From: Alphaproteobacteria bacterium
GTDB lineage: Bacteria > Pseudomonadota > Alphaproteobacteria > UBA828
Assembly (NCBI GenBank): GCA_963422645.2
Contig: CAXXVO010000007.1
Span: 800,001-864,000, forward strand
Direction: 5' to 3'
DNA length: 64,000 bases
The notes beneath the pieces were generated by a model. The model saw nothing but the letters and a program-made list of their open reading frames with translations, searched no databases and was not told where the DNA came from. How positions within the stretch are numbered: position 1 is the first letter of the stretch; every line of letters starts with the position of its first letter. Both the position numbers and the translations under genes were made by a program. Below are positions 38,102 through 49,964 of the stretch, one piece after another.

Positions 38102-39091
38102 TTAGAAATGCCGGTAGCCGGCGCGAGCGAGCGCGAGCGGCTGGCCGTCGGCGTCCACGACGTTGACGCCTCGCCCCGGCTCGATCACGCCGATGCGGGT
38201 GAGCGCGAGGCCGAGGCGGCGGCCCAGTTCGTCGATATCGCCCCGCGCCGACGGCGGCGCGCAGAAGAGCAGCTCGTAGTCGTCGCCGCCGGTCAAGAGG
38301 TCGGCGATCTCGACCTCGCCACCAGCTAGCGCGCGCCGCGCCGGGTCCGACAGCGGCACGGCATCTGCCGCGATGCGCGCCGCGGTTCCCGATCTTTCGC
38401 TGATATGGCCGAGGTCGGCGACGAGACCGTCGGAGACATCGATGGCGCAGGTCGCGAGTCCGACGAGCGCGGTGCCGAGCGCGAGCCGGGGCTCGGGCAG
38501 GCGGAAGCGCTCGGCCAGGGTCGCGCGGTCTTCGGGCGGGAGCGCGGCGAGGCCGCCCTGCACCGCGCGCAAGCCCAGCGTCGCGTCGCCAATGGTGCCC
38601 GAGACGTAGATATCGTCGCCCACGCCAGCGCCCGAGCGGGTGAGGCAGGCATCGCCCTCGACTGTGCCGAAGGCCGTGAGCGAGAGCACCGCCGGCCCCC
38701 TTGTCGCCACCGTGTCGCCGCCGATCAGCGCGACGCCGAACGCCTCCTGGTCGCGGGCAAGGCCTGCGGCAAACGCCTCCACCCAGGTGTCGTCAACGTC
38801 GGCAGTCAGCGCGAGGCCGAGCGCGTAAGCCCTGGCATCAGCGCCCATTGCCGCGAGGTCGGAGAGGTTCACGCGGAGCAGCCGGCGGGCGAGGATCACG
38901 GGCTCCTCGCCCTCGGGGTAGTGCACGCCGGCCACCATCAGGTCCTTGGTGACGACGAGGCTTGCGCCTTCCGGCGGCGTCAGCAGCGCGCCGTCGTTGC
39001 CGAGCGCGAAGGCGCCCGGCGCAGCGCGGCTCAGCGGCTCGAAGAAGCGGGCGATAAGGTCGAATTCACCCTGCCCGCGCCGGCCGGTCAT
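38102..39091 (-). CDS. thiL: Thiamine-monophosphate kinase
   Basis: GEFDLIARFF, VNLSDLAAMGA, IGGDT, DVSDGL and GGDDYELLF. Confidence 0.95.
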   Translation of the reverse strand: MTGRRGQGEFDLIARFFEPLSRAAPGAFALGNDGALLTPPEGASLVVTKDLMVAGVHYPEGEEPVILARRLLRVNLSDLAAMGADARAYALGLALTADVDDTWVEAFAAGLARDQEAFGVALIGGDTVATRGPAVLSLTAFGTVEGDACLTRSGAGVGDDIYVSGTIGDATLGLRAVQGGLAALPPEDRATLAERFRLPEPRLALGTALVGLATCAIDVSDGLVADLGHISERSGTAARIAADAVPLSDPARRALAGGEVEIADLLTGGDDYELLFCAPPSARGDIDELGRRLGLALTRIGVIEPGRGVNVVDADGQPLALARAGYRHF

Positions 39092-39590
39092 GATCCGCTC
39101 CGTCCGCCATCTCCGCCGTGCGCAGCCTGCGCGCCAGGCTGTCCAGCGCACCGTTGACGAAGGCGGGCTCCCGCTCGGAGAAAAATGCACGCGCGAGTTC
39201 GACGTACTCGTTGATCACCACGCGCGCGGGCACGTCCGGGCAGGCCGCGAGCTCGCAAGTGGCGGCCCGCAGGAGGGCGCGCACCACGGCGTCCAGCCGT
39301 TCCATGCTCCAGCGCTCCGCCAGCGTCGCAGCCACCAGCGCGTCGAACTCGTCTGCCCGCGCCGCCGCCTCGCGCACCGTGCGCTCGAAGTGGCGGCGGT
39401 GGGGCACCGCGTAGCGCTCGCCGTCGATCTCGTGGCCTGCGCGGTGGCTCAGGAACTCCTCGATCACCTCGTCCGCCGACTGGCCGGATATCTCGATTTG
39501 ATAGAGCGCCTGGACACAGGCGAGCCGCGCGCTGCTCCGCCCCTGCCCCCGTGGCGGATTAGCCTCTGCGGCGCCGGGGGCGGCGGTCAT
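39066..39590 (-). CDS. nusB: Transcription antitermination factor NusB
   Basis: RSSARLACVQALYQ, PARVVINEYVELA, FVNGALD. Confidence 0.93.
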   Translation of the reverse strand: MTAAPGAAEANPPRGQGRSSARLACVQALYQIEISGQSADEVIEEFLSHRAGHEIDGERYAVPHRRHFERTVREAAARADEFDALVAATLAERWSMERLDAVVRALLRAATCELAACPDVPARVVINEYVELARAFFSEREPAFVNGALDSLARRLRTAEMADGADHDRPARAG

Positions 39591-39595
39591 CGCGT

Positions 39596-40034
39596 CTAGT
39601 CCTGCGAGGCCGCGCCGAGGGAGGCACGGATCGCCATCATTGCGAGGCACGCCTGGGCGGCGTCGGCGCCCTTGTTCTTCCGGTCCGTCGTCGCCCGCTC
39701 CCAGGCCTGCTCGCGGTTCTCGGCGGTCACCACGCCGAAGCCGAGGGCGATGCGGTGGCGCTCGGCCAGCATGGCGAGCCCGCGCGCGCACTCGCCGCAG
39801 ACATGCTCGTAATGGCTGGTCTCGCCCCGGATCACGCAGCCGAGCGCGACGAAGCCGTCGTAGCGCCCGCTGTCGATCGCCATCGCAAGCGCCGCCGGCA
39901 GCTCGAAGGCGCCGGGCACGCTGATCCGCTCGTGGCTCGCCCCGGCGGCGTCGAGGGCGCCCGCCGCGCCCGCCACCAGCTGGTCGGCGATATCCTCGTA
40001 GAAGCGCGCCTCCAGGATGAGGACCCGCTGCCCC

Positions 40035-40042
<8 letters not shown>
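39596..40042 (-). CDS. ribH: Lumazine synthase
   Basis: VPGAFELP, LGCVIRGETSHYE. Confidence 0.95.
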
Positions 40043-41183
<1,141 letters not shown>

Positions 41184-41192
41184 CTCGACCCT

Positions 41193-41786
41193 TCAGCGCT
41201 CGGAATGAAGGCGCGCAAGGTAGCGCGCGATCAGGTCCACCTCAAGATTTAGCCTACGGCCGGCGGCGCAGTCACCGAAGTTGGTCTCGGCCAGCGTGTG
41301 GGGGATGAGATTGATGCCGAACACATCGTCCGCCACCTCGTTCACCGTCAGCGAGACACCATCGAGCGCGACCGATCCCTTGGAAGCCACAAAACGCGAG
41401 AGCTCCGTCGGGCAGCACGCCGTGAGCCGGAGCGAGTCCCCTTCCGGCTCCGCACTCTCGAGCACCGCGACGCCATCGATATGGCCGGTCACCAGATGGC
41501 CGCCGAGCTCGTCGCCCAAGCAGAGCGCGCGCTCCAGATTGACCCGTGTGCCCGCGCGCCAGTCGCCGAGGGTGGTGCAGTCCGCCGTTTCGCGGGAGAC
41601 ATCGACCGCAAACCACCCCGGCCCCTTGTCGACCACGGTGAGGCAAGGGCCCGAGCATGCGATGGAGGCGCCGAGCGCCATGGTGCCGGTGTCGTAGGCG
41701 GTGTCGATCGCCAGCCTGTGCCCACCGCCGGGAGCATCGGCAATCTCCCGCACCTGTCCGACATCGGTGACGATTCCGGTGAACAC
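41193..41786 (-). CDS. ribE: Riboflavin synthase
   Basis: [31 protein letters not shown]. Confidence 0.95.
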   Translation of the reverse strand: MFTGIVTDVGQVREIADAPGGGHRLAIDTAYDTGTMALGASIACSGPCLTVVDKGPGWFAVDVSRETADCTTLGDWRAGTRVNLERALCLGDELGGHLVTGHIDGVAVLESAEPEGDSLRLTACCPTELSRFVASKGSVALDGVSLTVNEVADDVFGINLIPHTLAETNFGDCAAGRRLNLEVDLIARYLARLHSER

Positions 41787-41796
41787 GGCGCGCCGT

Positions 41797-42915
41797 TCAG
41801 CCTGCCGGCACCAGGGTGTCCAGCACGTCTTCGCCCAGCGGGGCCGAGGAGACGCGGTGGAAGCGCGGCATGTCGTCGGCGCGTTCGACGCCGAGCGCGG
41901 CCAGCGCCGGCACGCCGTCGCCGCCGATGGCGCCGGGCGCCCGGAACCATTCGATGCGGTCCACCAGGCCTGCGTGCAGCAACGACGCCGCGAGTCGGCC
42001 GCCGCCTTCCACCAGGACGCGGGTGAGACCGCGCGCGGCCAACGCTTCCAGCGCCGCCGCGAGCGCCGGGCGGTTGTCCGCCTCGGCCGCCACCTCGATT
42101 ACCTCCACGCCCGTCTCGCGCCAGTCCGCGTGCCGTCCGTCGCCGCCGAGTGTCTCCGTCGAGACAATCCAGGTCGGATGCGCGCCGGCATCCGCGATGA
42201 GCGCGTGGCCCGCCGGCAGCCGCTCGCTGCCGTCGATCACCACCCGCACGGGGCTCTGGCCGTCCATGCCGGGCAGCCGGCAGGTGAGCGCCGGGTCGTC
42301 GTCGAGCGCGCTCGCAGCGCCCACCATCACGGCGTCATGTTGGGCCCGCATCAAGTGCCCGCGGGCCCGGGCCGGCGCGCCGGTGATCCAGCGGCTGTCG
42401 CCGCTACGCGTCCCGATCCGCCCGTCGAGCGTGCTCGCCAGCTTGAGTGTCACGTGAGGCCGGCCCTTCTCCACGCGCGAGAGGAAGCCCGCGTTGAGCG
42501 CTCTCGCACGGTCCTCCATGCAGCCGCGCACGACCTCGATGCCCGCTTCTTCGAGTATCGCGATTCCACGGCCCGCGACACGCGGATCCGGGTCTTCGAG
42601 CGCGACGACAACGCGGGCGATCGCGGCCTGCACCAGCGCTTCGGCGCAGGGGCCGGTCTCGCCTTGATGGGCGCAGGACTCCAGGGTGACGTAGCAGGTG
42701 GCGCCTCTTGCGCCGTCCCCAGCGCGGGCGAGGGCCTCGGTCTCGGCATGGGGCCGGCCGCCGGGCTGGGTCCAGCCCCGGCCGACGATGTGTCCCGCTT
42801 GGACCAGCACGCAGCCCACCGCCGGGTTGGGCCACACGTTGCCGAGGCCCCGGCCAGCCAGCGCGAGCGCGAGCCCCATGAAGCGTCGGTCGAGGGCCGA
42901 ATCGGCCTCCGCCAT
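41797..42915 (-). CDS. ribD: Riboflavin biosynthesis deaminase/reductase
   Basis: WPNPAVGC, PHAE, KLASTLDG, LVEGGG. Confidence 0.95.
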   Translation of the reverse strand: MAEADSALDRRFMGLALALAGRGLGNVWPNPAVGCVLVQAGHIVGRGWTQPGGRPHAETEALARAGDGARGATCYVTLESCAHQGETGPCAEALVQAAIARVVVALEDPDPRVAGRGIAILEEAGIEVVRGCMEDRARALNAGFLSRVEKGRPHVTLKLASTLDGRIGTRSGDSRWITGAPARARGHLMRAQHDAVMVGAASALDDDPALTCRLPGMDGQSPVRVVIDGSERLPAGHALIADAGAHPTWIVSTETLGGDGRHADWRETGVEVIEVAAEADNRPALAAALEALAARGLTRVLVEGGGRLAASLLHAGLVDRIEWFRAPGAIGGDGVPALAALGVERADDMPRFHRVSSAPLGEDVLDTLVPAG

Positions 42916-42919
42916 GCGC

Positions 42920-43378
42920 TCAGTCCCGCTCGTCGGCGAGGCCGCCGATGAACTCCTCGAAGTCCTTCTTCTCGCCGAAGTTCCGGTAGACCGAGGCGAA
43001 GCGCACGTAGGCGACCTGATCGAGGCCCGCGAGCGCCTCCATCACCATCTCCCCGATCACCGTGCTCGGGATCTCGGTCTCGCCCAGGCTCTCGAGGCGG
43101 CGCACGATGCCGGTCACGATGTGTTCGACCCGATCGGGCTCGACCGGCCGCTTGCGCAGCGCGATCTGCATCGAGCGCGCCATCTTCTCGCGCTCGAAGG
43201 GGGCCCGCTGGCCGTTGCTCTTGATCACCGAGAGCTCGCGCAGCTGGATCCTCTCGAAGGTGGTGAAGCGGCCGGCACAGTTGGTGCATTGCCGGCGGCG
43301 ACGGATCGCGGTGTTGTCCTCCGTCGGCCGCGAATCCTTCACCTGCGTGTCGTCATTACCGCAGAACGGACAGCGCAC
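42920..43378 (-). CDS. nrdR: Transcriptional repressor NrdR
   Basis: MRCPFCG...DSR...[23 protein letters not shown]. Confidence 0.97.
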   Translation of the reverse strand: MRCPFCGNDDTQVKDSRPTEDNTAIRRRRQCTNCAGRFTTFERIQLRELSVIKSNGQRAPFEREKMARSMQIALRKRPVEPDRVEHIVTGIVRRLESLGETEIPSTVIGEMVMEALAGLDQVAYVRFASVYRNFGEKKDFEEFIGGLADERD

Positions 43379-43391
43379 GGCGAGCCTCCTC

Positions 43392-44702
43392 TCAGGCGTG
43401 ATCGGGGTAGACTGGAAAAGCGGCGCAGAGCGCGCGGACCTCCTCGCGGATCTCGGCCGCGAGGCTCTCGCTGCTGCCCTCTGCGTCGACCTCCCGGTCG
43501 AGCAGGTCGGCGATCCAGCCTGCGATCCGCCGGAACTCGGCCGTACCGAACCCGCGGCTGGTCGCCGCCGGGGTGCCGAGCCGGATGCCGGAGGTGATCC
43601 ACGGCTTCTGGGGATCGAAGGGGACGCCGTTCTTGTTGCAGGTGATCCCGGCGTGCTCCAGCACCGCCTCCGCCACCTTGCCGGTGAGTTCCTTGGCCCG
43701 CAGGTCCACGAGCAGGAGGTGCGTGTCGGTCCCGCCGGAAACGATGTCGTAGCCGCGCTCCATCAGCGTGCCGGCCAGCACCTTGGCGTTGGCCACGACC
43801 TGCTGGGCGTAATCCTTAAACGCGGGCGTCATCGCCTCACCCAGCGCCACCGCCTTGGCCGCGATGACATGCTCCAGAGGCCCGCCCTGGAGGCCGGGGA
43901 AGACCGCCGAGTTGATCCGCTTCGCGAGCGCCTCGTCGTCGGTCAGGATCATGCCGCCGCGCGGGCCGCGCAGGGTCTTGTGGGTCGTGGTGGTGACGAT
44001 ATGGGCATGCGGGAATGGGTTCGGATGGATCCCGGCCGCGACCAGTCCTGCGAAGTGGGCCATGTCGACCATGAAGACCGCGCCCACCGAATCCGCGATC
44101 TGGCGGAAGCGCGCGAAGTCGATGATGCGCGGGTAGGCCGACCCCCCGGCGAGGATCAACTTGGGCTTCTCGGCCTCCGCGAGCGCTTCCACCTCGTCGA
44201 AATCGATCACCCCGTCCTGGCGGCGGACGCCGTACTGGATCGCCTTGAACCACTTGCCGGAGAGATTGGGCGGCGCGCCATGTGTAAGGTGGCCGCCGGC
44301 CGCCAGCGAGAGCCCGAGGAAGGAGGCGCCCGGCTCCAGCGTGGCGAGAAAGGCCGCCTGGTTGGCCTGCGCGCCCGAATGGGGCTGCACGTTGGCGAAG
44401 CCGCAGCCGAAGATCGCGATGGCGCGCTCGATGGCCAGCGCCTCTCCGATATCGACGTTCTCGCAACCGCCGTAGTAGCGCCGGCCGGGGTAGCCCTCGG
44501 CGTACTTGTTGGTGAGCACCGAGCCTTGCGCCTCCAGCACTGCGCGGCTCACGATGTTCTCCGACGCGATCAGCTCGATGGTCGTCTGCAGGCGCTCGAC
44601 CTCGCCGGACACCGCTGCGTACACCGCCGCGTCGGCCTCCTGCAGGGAGCTGGTGAAGAACGAAGTCCCGGCCCCGCTCTCGGGGCGCGTGGAAGCGGCC
44701 AA
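43392..44702 (-). CDS. glyA: Serine hydroxymethyltransferase
   Basis: [36 protein letters not shown]. Confidence 0.97.
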   Translation of the reverse strand: MAASTRPESGAGTSFFTSSLQEADAAVYAAVSGEVERLQTTIELIASENIVSRAVLEAQGSVLTNKYAEGYPGRRYYGGCENVDIGEALAIERAIAIFGCGFANVQPHSGAQANQAAFLATLEPGASFLGLSLAAGGHLTHGAPPNLSGKWFKAIQYGVRRQDGVIDFDEVEALAEAEKPKLILAGGSAYPRIIDFARFRQIADSVGAVFMVDMAHFAGLVAAGIHPNPFPHAHIVTTTTHKTLRGPRGGMILTDDEALAKRINSAVFPGLQGGPLEHVIAAKAVALGEAMTPAFKDYAQQVVANAKVLAGTLMERGYDIVSGGTDTHLLLVDLRAKELTGKVAEAVLEHAGITCNKNGVPFDPQKPWITSGIRLGTPAATSRGFGTAEFRRIAGWIADLLDREVDAEGSSESLAAEIREEVRALCAAFPVYPDHA

Positions 44703-44725
44703 GATCGTTTTCCTTTCTCTGGCGG

Positions 44726-45160
44726 TCAGGAGAGCTTGGCGACACGCGCCTGGTGGCGGCCGCCCTCGAATTCGGTGTCCAGAAACGCCTCCAGGCAGCG
44801 GCGCGCGGTCTCCTCCGACACGCGCCGCGCGCCCAGGGCGAGGACGTTGGCGTCGTTATGGGCGCGCGCGAGCCGCGCCTCCTCCGCGTCGTGGCAGAGC
44901 GCGCCGCGCACCGCTCGGCTGCGGTTGACCGCGATGCTCATGCCGATGCCGCTCCCGCAGATCAGGACGCCCCGGTCGGCGTGCCCGCTTTCGATCGCCT
45001 GCGCCAGCGCTTGCGCGTAGTCGGGGTAGTCGACCGATCCGTCGCCCTCCGGCCCCAGATCGACGACCTCATGTCCCGTCGCCTCTAGCTCGGCGCGCAG
45101 CATCGCCTTGAGGCTGACGCCCGCATGGTCGGAGGCGATGGCGAATCGCTGGTCTGGCAT
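44726..45160 (-). CDS. rpiB: Ribose-5-phosphate isomerase B
   Basis: [32 protein letters not shown]. Confidence 0.95.
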   Translation of the reverse strand: MPDQRFAIASDHAGVSLKAMLRAELEATGHEVVDLGPEGDGSVDYPDYAQALAQAIESGHADRGVLICGSGIGMSIAVNRSRAVRGALCHDAEEARLARAHNDANVLALGARRVSEETARRCLEAFLDTEFEGGRHQARVAKLS

Positions 45161-45297
45161 AGCCACCCCTCGCACGGCCTGTGGCGGGCCCTGTATACGC
45201 CCATGACCAAGAGGCGGGCAACAGTTGTTGGTGCACCCCTCCGTATGCGCTGCCCAGCAGGTGGGCTACTATATTTTGGTTGGACAAGGAGGAAGCC

Positions 45298-47001
45298 ATG
45301 GACGTCGTCACGATGAACATCGTCGAATCGACGATGCTCTCCATCTGCCGGGAGATGGGGATCACCATGATGAAGACGTCCTATTCGACGATCTTCAACG
45401 AATCCCTCGACTTCAGCTGCGCCATCGCCGACGCCAACGGCGACATGATCGCGGTCGCCGACTATTGCCCGGCGCAGATCGGCGGCATGTCGCTCCTGAT
45501 CAAGTCCTGCATCCTCGAGATGGCGGACGATCCGGTGCTCGAGGGCGATGTCATCTTGCACAACGATCCCTACCGGGGCGGGCTGCATACGCCGGAGCAC
45601 ACCTTCTTCACGCCCTTCTTCGTCGACGGCGAGTTCATGGGCTACGCGGTGGCGATCGGCCATGTCGCCGAGGTCGGCGGCATGGTGCCGGGCGGCTTTG
45701 CCAGCGAGGCCACGGAGATTTTCCACGAGGGCCTGCGCGTCCCCCCGGTCAGGATCAAGAAGCAGGGCAAGGACGTGGACGAGGTCTGGAAGCTGCTGCT
45801 CGCGAACGTCCGTACCCCTCGCTACAACTACGGCGACTACCGGGCCATGATCAGCGCCTGCGAGCTCGGCTCAGACCGCATGGCCGGGCTGATCCGGAAG
45901 TACGGCCTGCCGCTCTTCCGCCAGACCATCGGCGATCTCATGGACTATTCCGAAGCCCGGATGCGAGCCGAGATCGCGGCGATCCCCGACGGCCAGTACT
46001 CCTTCGAGGACTACATGGAGGACGACGGGATCGACGACCGGCCCTACAAGATTGCCGTCGACATGGTGGTGCAGGGTGACGAGATCGTCGCCGACTTCGG
46101 CCGCTCGGACGCACAGGCGAAGGGTGCGATCAACGCGACTCTCGGCGTCACCTGCTCCGCCACCTACAACGCCATGCTGCACCTGACCGACCCGTCGATC
46201 CCGCGCAACGCGGGTTGCTACCGGCCGATCCGCGTGCTGGCGCGGCCGACGACCGTGGTCAACGTGGATTACCCGGCGCCGGAGGTGGGCGGCAACACGG
46301 AGACCCACGTCCGCATCTGCTTCACGGTAATCGGGGCGATGTCCCGCTGCCTGCCTGGGCGCGCGTTCGCCACCGACGCCGGCACCCACGGCAACTTCCT
46401 CTTCGGCGGCCACGATCCGGAGAACGACGAGTTCTACGTCTGCTACGACTTCATGGTCGCCGGCTGGGGCGGGCGCCCCTTCGCCGACGGCAACGACACC
46501 TGCAACTGCATCAACGGCAACTGCCGCACCGTCCCGGTCGAGGTCTACGAGAGCCGCTACCCCTGGCTGGTCGAGAACCTCTCGCTCACCGAGGATTCCG
46601 GCGGCGCCGGCAAGTACCGGGGCGGGCTCGGCTCGACCAAGACACTGGAGTGCACGGCAGACGAGATCATCATCAGCTACATGGCCGACCGCCACAGGAA
46701 TGCGCCTTGGGGCCTGCTCGGCGGCAATTCCGGGGGATCGGCCGCGCTGCTCATCAAGAAGGCGAACGAGAACGCCTGGAAGGACGTCTGCGAGGGCCAC
46801 GACAAGGTCTCGCCCAGCAAGTTCGGCAACGTCTCGGTCCGCCGGGGCGACCGGGTCCGCCTGCTCTCGGGCGGCGGCGGCGGCTACGGCCCCGTGACAG
46901 ACCGGCCGCAGGAGATGGTGGACGAAGACGTGGCCGAGTGTTTCGTCTCGTCAACCGCTGCCGCCGAGCGCTACGGCCAAGCCGCCCAGGCCGCGGAGTA
47001 G
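45298..47001 (+). CDS. Hydantoinase B / oxoprolinase family protein
   Basis: NDPYRGGLHTPE, EIFHEGLRVPP, DSGGAGKYRGG and GGGGGYG; RBS AGGAGG. Confidence 0.9.
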   Translation: MDVVTMNIVESTMLSICREMGITMMKTSYSTIFNESLDFSCAIADANGDMIAVADYCPAQIGGMSLLIKSCILEMADDPVLEGDVILHNDPYRGGLHTPEHTFFTPFFVDGEFMGYAVAIGHVAEVGGMVPGGFASEATEIFHEGLRVPPVRIKKQGKDVDEVWKLLLANVRTPRYNYGDYRAMISACELGSDRMAGLIRKYGLPLFRQTIGDLMDYSEARMRAEIAAIPDGQYSFEDYMEDDGIDDRPYKIAVDMVVQGDEIVADFGRSDAQAKGAINATLGVTCSATYNAMLHLTDPSIPRNAGCYRPIRVLARPTTVVNVDYPAPEVGGNTETHVRICFTVIGAMSRCLPGRAFATDAGTHGNFLFGGHDPENDEFYVCYDFMVAGWGGRPFADGNDTCNCINGNCRTVPVEVYESRYPWLVENLSLTEDSGGAGKYRGGLGSTKTLECTADEIIISYMADRHRNAPWGLLGGNSGGSAALLIKKANENAWKDVCEGHDKVSPSKFGNVSVRRGDRVRLLSGGGGGYGPVTDRPQEMVDEDVAECFVSSTAAAERYGQAAQAAE

Positions 47002-47235
47002 AGGATTCACGGTAGGCAACATTCCGCGCACAAGTTGGCTGCGCGCAACAGCTCCAGGGTTGAAATCGCGATTAACCGTACCCGTAACTACCCAGGTACC
47101 CCGCCGCCAGTTCTGAGTGCGTGCTGATGTTGCTTGCCGTCGGTGCCGTTTCGCCGTCGGCGCGTCGTTGATCCCCGCTTGACTGTATAGGTTCTCTCGC
47201 CTATGGGTTGCACTCTCGCATGAGAGGAGCAGCCG

Positions 47236-47904
47236 GTGGGGTATTTCGGGTCGAAGGCGACGACCGGTCTGAGCCAGGCGCTGATTGCGCTGATGCCGCG
47301 GCACTCTGTCTATATCGAGAGCCATCTTGGGGGCGGGGCGCTGATGAAGCGCAAGCCTGCGGCCATGCGCTCGATCGGGATCGACCGCGACGAGCGGGCG
47401 CTTGAGGCCTTTGGCTGCGACTACCCGGTGGAGTTGGTGCACGGCTGCGCCCATTCCTTCCTGGCCTCGTTCCCGTTTCTGGGCCCGGAGCTGGTCTACA
47501 GCGATCCGCCCTATCTGCACGCGACCCGGCGTTCGTCGCAGCGCTACCGCTTCGAGTACGAGGAGGCCGACCACGTCGCGCTCCTCGAACTGCTCAAGGG
47601 TCTGCCCTGCCAGGTGATGGTCTCGGGCCACCCGTCTGCGCTCTATGACGAGCTGCTGGCGGGCTGGCGCCGGCTGGCGCTGCAGGTGACGACCCAGGCC
47701 CAGGTGCGGACCGAGGTCGTGTGGTTCAACTTCGCGCCTGACCGGGTGCACTGGGCGAGCTTCGCCGGCCGGAACTTCACCGAGCGCCAGTGCATCAAGC
47801 GCAAGGCGGCCAACTGGGGCCGGCGCTACGAGGCCATGCCGGCGGGCGAACGCCTGGCGGTGCTGGCCGCGATCATGGCCGTCGAGGCCGACGAGGGTTC
47901 GTGA
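47236..47904 (+). CDS. Compact Dam-like (D12-class) DNA adenine methyltransferase
   Basis: YFGSK, YIESHLGGGA (motif I variant), VYSDPPY (motif IV) and RTEVVWFN; RBS GAGGAG. Confidence 0.8.
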   Translation: MGYFGSKATTGLSQALIALMPRHSVYIESHLGGGALMKRKPAAMRSIGIDRDERALEAFGCDYPVELVHGCAHSFLASFPFLGPELVYSDPPYLHATRRSSQRYRFEYEEADHVALLELLKGLPCQVMVSGHPSALYDELLAGWRRLALQVTTQAQVRTEVVWFNFAPDRVHWASFAGRNFTERQCIKRKAANWGRRYEAMPAGERLAVLAAIMAVEADEGS

Positions 47905-49442
47905 CAGTGTCGCGCTGGCACGAGGACCTCGCTGCCCACGACGAGGCCTTCGCGTGCCTGCAGGACCTTTTCACCCCACAATCCTTCGCAATGACCGCCG
48001 TCAAAGCCATTCGGGAATGGGGCCAGAGGTTGCTGCGCCTGAGCGCGGCCCTGGTCAAGGAGAACGACGCGCTGGAGCGGGAGAACGCCCGCTTGCGCGA
48101 GCGGATCGCCGAACTCGAGCGCAGCGCCGCGCTCGACAGCACCACCAGCTCCAAGCCGCCGGCCAGCGACGGTCTGAAGAAGAAGAGCGGTGACCGGGAG
48201 AAGCGCACCCGGAGCCAGCGCGGCAAGTCCGACAGGCCCAGTGGCGGCCAGCCGGGCCACAAGGGAACTACCCTGGAGCGGACCGCGACGCCCGACCATG
48301 TCGTCGATCATGATCCGTCCGCCTGTGAGGGCTGCGGCGCGCCGCTGTCGGACGCTGACCGTCACGGAGCCCCCGTCTGCCGGCAGGTCTTCGATGTGCC
48401 CGAGCCGCAGCCCCTCGAGGTCACCGAACATCGCGGCCATCGTTGCCTCTGCGCTGCCTGCGGCACCGTGACGACAGCCGTCTTCCCGAACGGCGTGAGC
48501 GCACCGGTCCAATACGGGCCGCGCATCACCGCGTGGGTGACCTACCTGCTGCACGCTCAGTTCATTCCCGAGAAGCGGGTCGCCGAGGTCATGAGCGACC
48601 TCTTCGCGGTCAAGCTCTCAACAGCCACCATCGTCGCCATGGGAAGGCGCACCGCCCGGCGCTTCGAGGGCTTCCTCGATCGCCTCGCGGAGATCATCCG
48701 CACCGCAGCCCCAGTCAAACACCTCGACGAGACCGGCATCCGCATCGCCGCCCGGACCCATTGGCTCCATGTGCTGTGCACCCCGTTGCTCACCATCCTG
48801 CGCGTCGCCACCGGGCGCAGCCACATCGACGAGAAGCTCAACGGCATCGTCATCCATGACGACTACGCCACCTACTTCGCTCTCGAGGGCGTGCGCCACG
48901 GGGCCTGCAACGCCCATCACCTGCGCGAGCTCCAAGCCCTCATCGAGATCGAGAAGGAAGACTGGGCAACGAGCACGCACCGGCTCCTCATCCGTGCCAA
49001 CAGAGCCGCCCGCTTCGCCCACAAGAACGACCGCGACGTGCCCGCCTCACTGGTGGCCCGCATCTCGCGAGCCTGGGACCGCATCCTCGAACGTGCCATC
49101 GCCTCTCACGAAGAAATGCCACCGCTCCAGACCGGAAAGCGCGGACGACAAAAGCGCCGCATCGGTCACAACCTCGCCCTCCGACTCCAGAAGTACAAGG
49201 AGGGGTGCCTGCGCTTCCTCACCGATCCGCGAACCCCCTTCTCCAACAACGAGGCCGAGCGCGACCTCCGAATGGGCAAGCTGCGCCAGAAAATCTCAGG
49301 CGGCTTCCGCTCGATACAAGGCGCCCGCGACTTCGCAAACCTGCGATCCGTCATCGCCACCGCTCGAAAACAGCGCTGGAATGTCCTCGAAACCCTGGCG
49401 CACCCCGATCCAATCCAGCTGATCCCCGTATTGCGCTTCTGA
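47901..49442 (+). CDS. IS66-family transposase (TnpC-like)
   Basis: Coiled coil, SSKPPASD, GGQPGHKG, Zn finger, HLDETG, IHDDY, CNAHHLREL and NNEAERDLR. GTG start overlaps the MTase stop. Confidence 0.93.
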   Translation: MTVSRWHEDLAAHDEAFACLQDLFTPQSFAMTAVKAIREWGQRLLRLSAALVKENDALERENARLRERIAELERSAALDSTTSSKPPASDGLKKKSGDREKRTRSQRGKSDRPSGGQPGHKGTTLERTATPDHVVDHDPSACEGCGAPLSDADRHGAPVCRQVFDVPEPQPLEVTEHRGHRCLCAACGTVTTAVFPNGVSAPVQYGPRITAWVTYLLHAQFIPEKRVAEVMSDLFAVKLSTATIVAMGRRTARRFEGFLDRLAEIIRTAAPVKHLDETGIRIAARTHWLHVLCTPLLTILRVATGRSHIDEKLNGIVIHDDYATYFALEGVRHGACNAHHLRELQALIEIEKEDWATSTHRLLIRANRAARFAHKNDRDVPASLVARISRAWDRILERAIASHEEMPPLQTGKRGRQKRRIGHNLALRLQKYKEGCLRFLTDPRTPFSNNEAERDLRMGKLRQKISGGFRSIQGARDFANLRSVIATARKQRWNVLETLAHPDPIQLIPVLRF

Positions 49443-49672
49443 AATCCTGCGCTGCTCCGGGAAAGCGCCGCCTGACCCCTGGCTGGTCAGAACCATCAAT
49501 CCATCACGTCCGAGTGCTCGGCAGAATCAGACCTGGGCAGTTACCCGTACCCACCTAATACCCTGCTCCTTCCCTCGCCCCAGGGTCCTGCCCGGTTCGT
49601 GGGAGGGAGAATTACGCGGACAATTTGAATCTCTAGCGACCAGATATCCAACCTCTGGAAGCGGAGACGAGT

Positions 49673-49867
49673 ATGTCCTCGTACAAGGAGATGAAGCAGA
49701 CCGTTCGGAAGTATGCGCGATTGGGCTTCAGCGTGATCAAGACCCGCCGCAACCATTGGCGGTTTTATCGCCCGGATATGGCTTATCCAGTGTTTGCACC
49801 CAGCACCCCATCCGACTGTCGCGCAATCAAGAACCTCGACGCGAAAATTCGGCGCAGTATGAGGTAG
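49673..49867 (+). CDS. Small basic HicA-like protein
   Basis: GFSVIKTRRNHWRF...PSTPSDCRAIKN, a HicA-fold-like pattern; followed by a strong hairpin. Confidence 0.55.
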   Translation: MSSYKEMKQTVRKYARLGFSVIKTRRNHWRFYRPDMAYPVFAPSTPSDCRAIKNLDAKIRRSMR

Positions 49868-49892
49868 TCCTTCCTCACCTATTCGGAAGTCC

Positions 49893-49921
49893 AAGGGACC
49901 GCCGTACTCGGCGGTCCCTTT
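49893..49921. terminator. Intrinsic terminator-like hairpin
   Basis: AAGGGACCGCCG-TACT-CGGCGGTCCCTT, a perfect 12-bp stem between convergent ORFs. Confidence 0.7.
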
Positions 49922-49964
49922 CCCCCTCGGTACGCTGGTGGGGTGGCGGCCGGGCCAGATTAGA

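Larger units (their letters stand above)
47084..49544 (+). mobile_element. IS66-family element carrying a DNA methyltransferase
   Basis: IRs GTAACTACCCAGGT / ACCTGGGCAGTTAC (13/14); 8-bp TSD CCGTACCC at 47076-47083 and 49545-49552. Confidence 0.93.
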
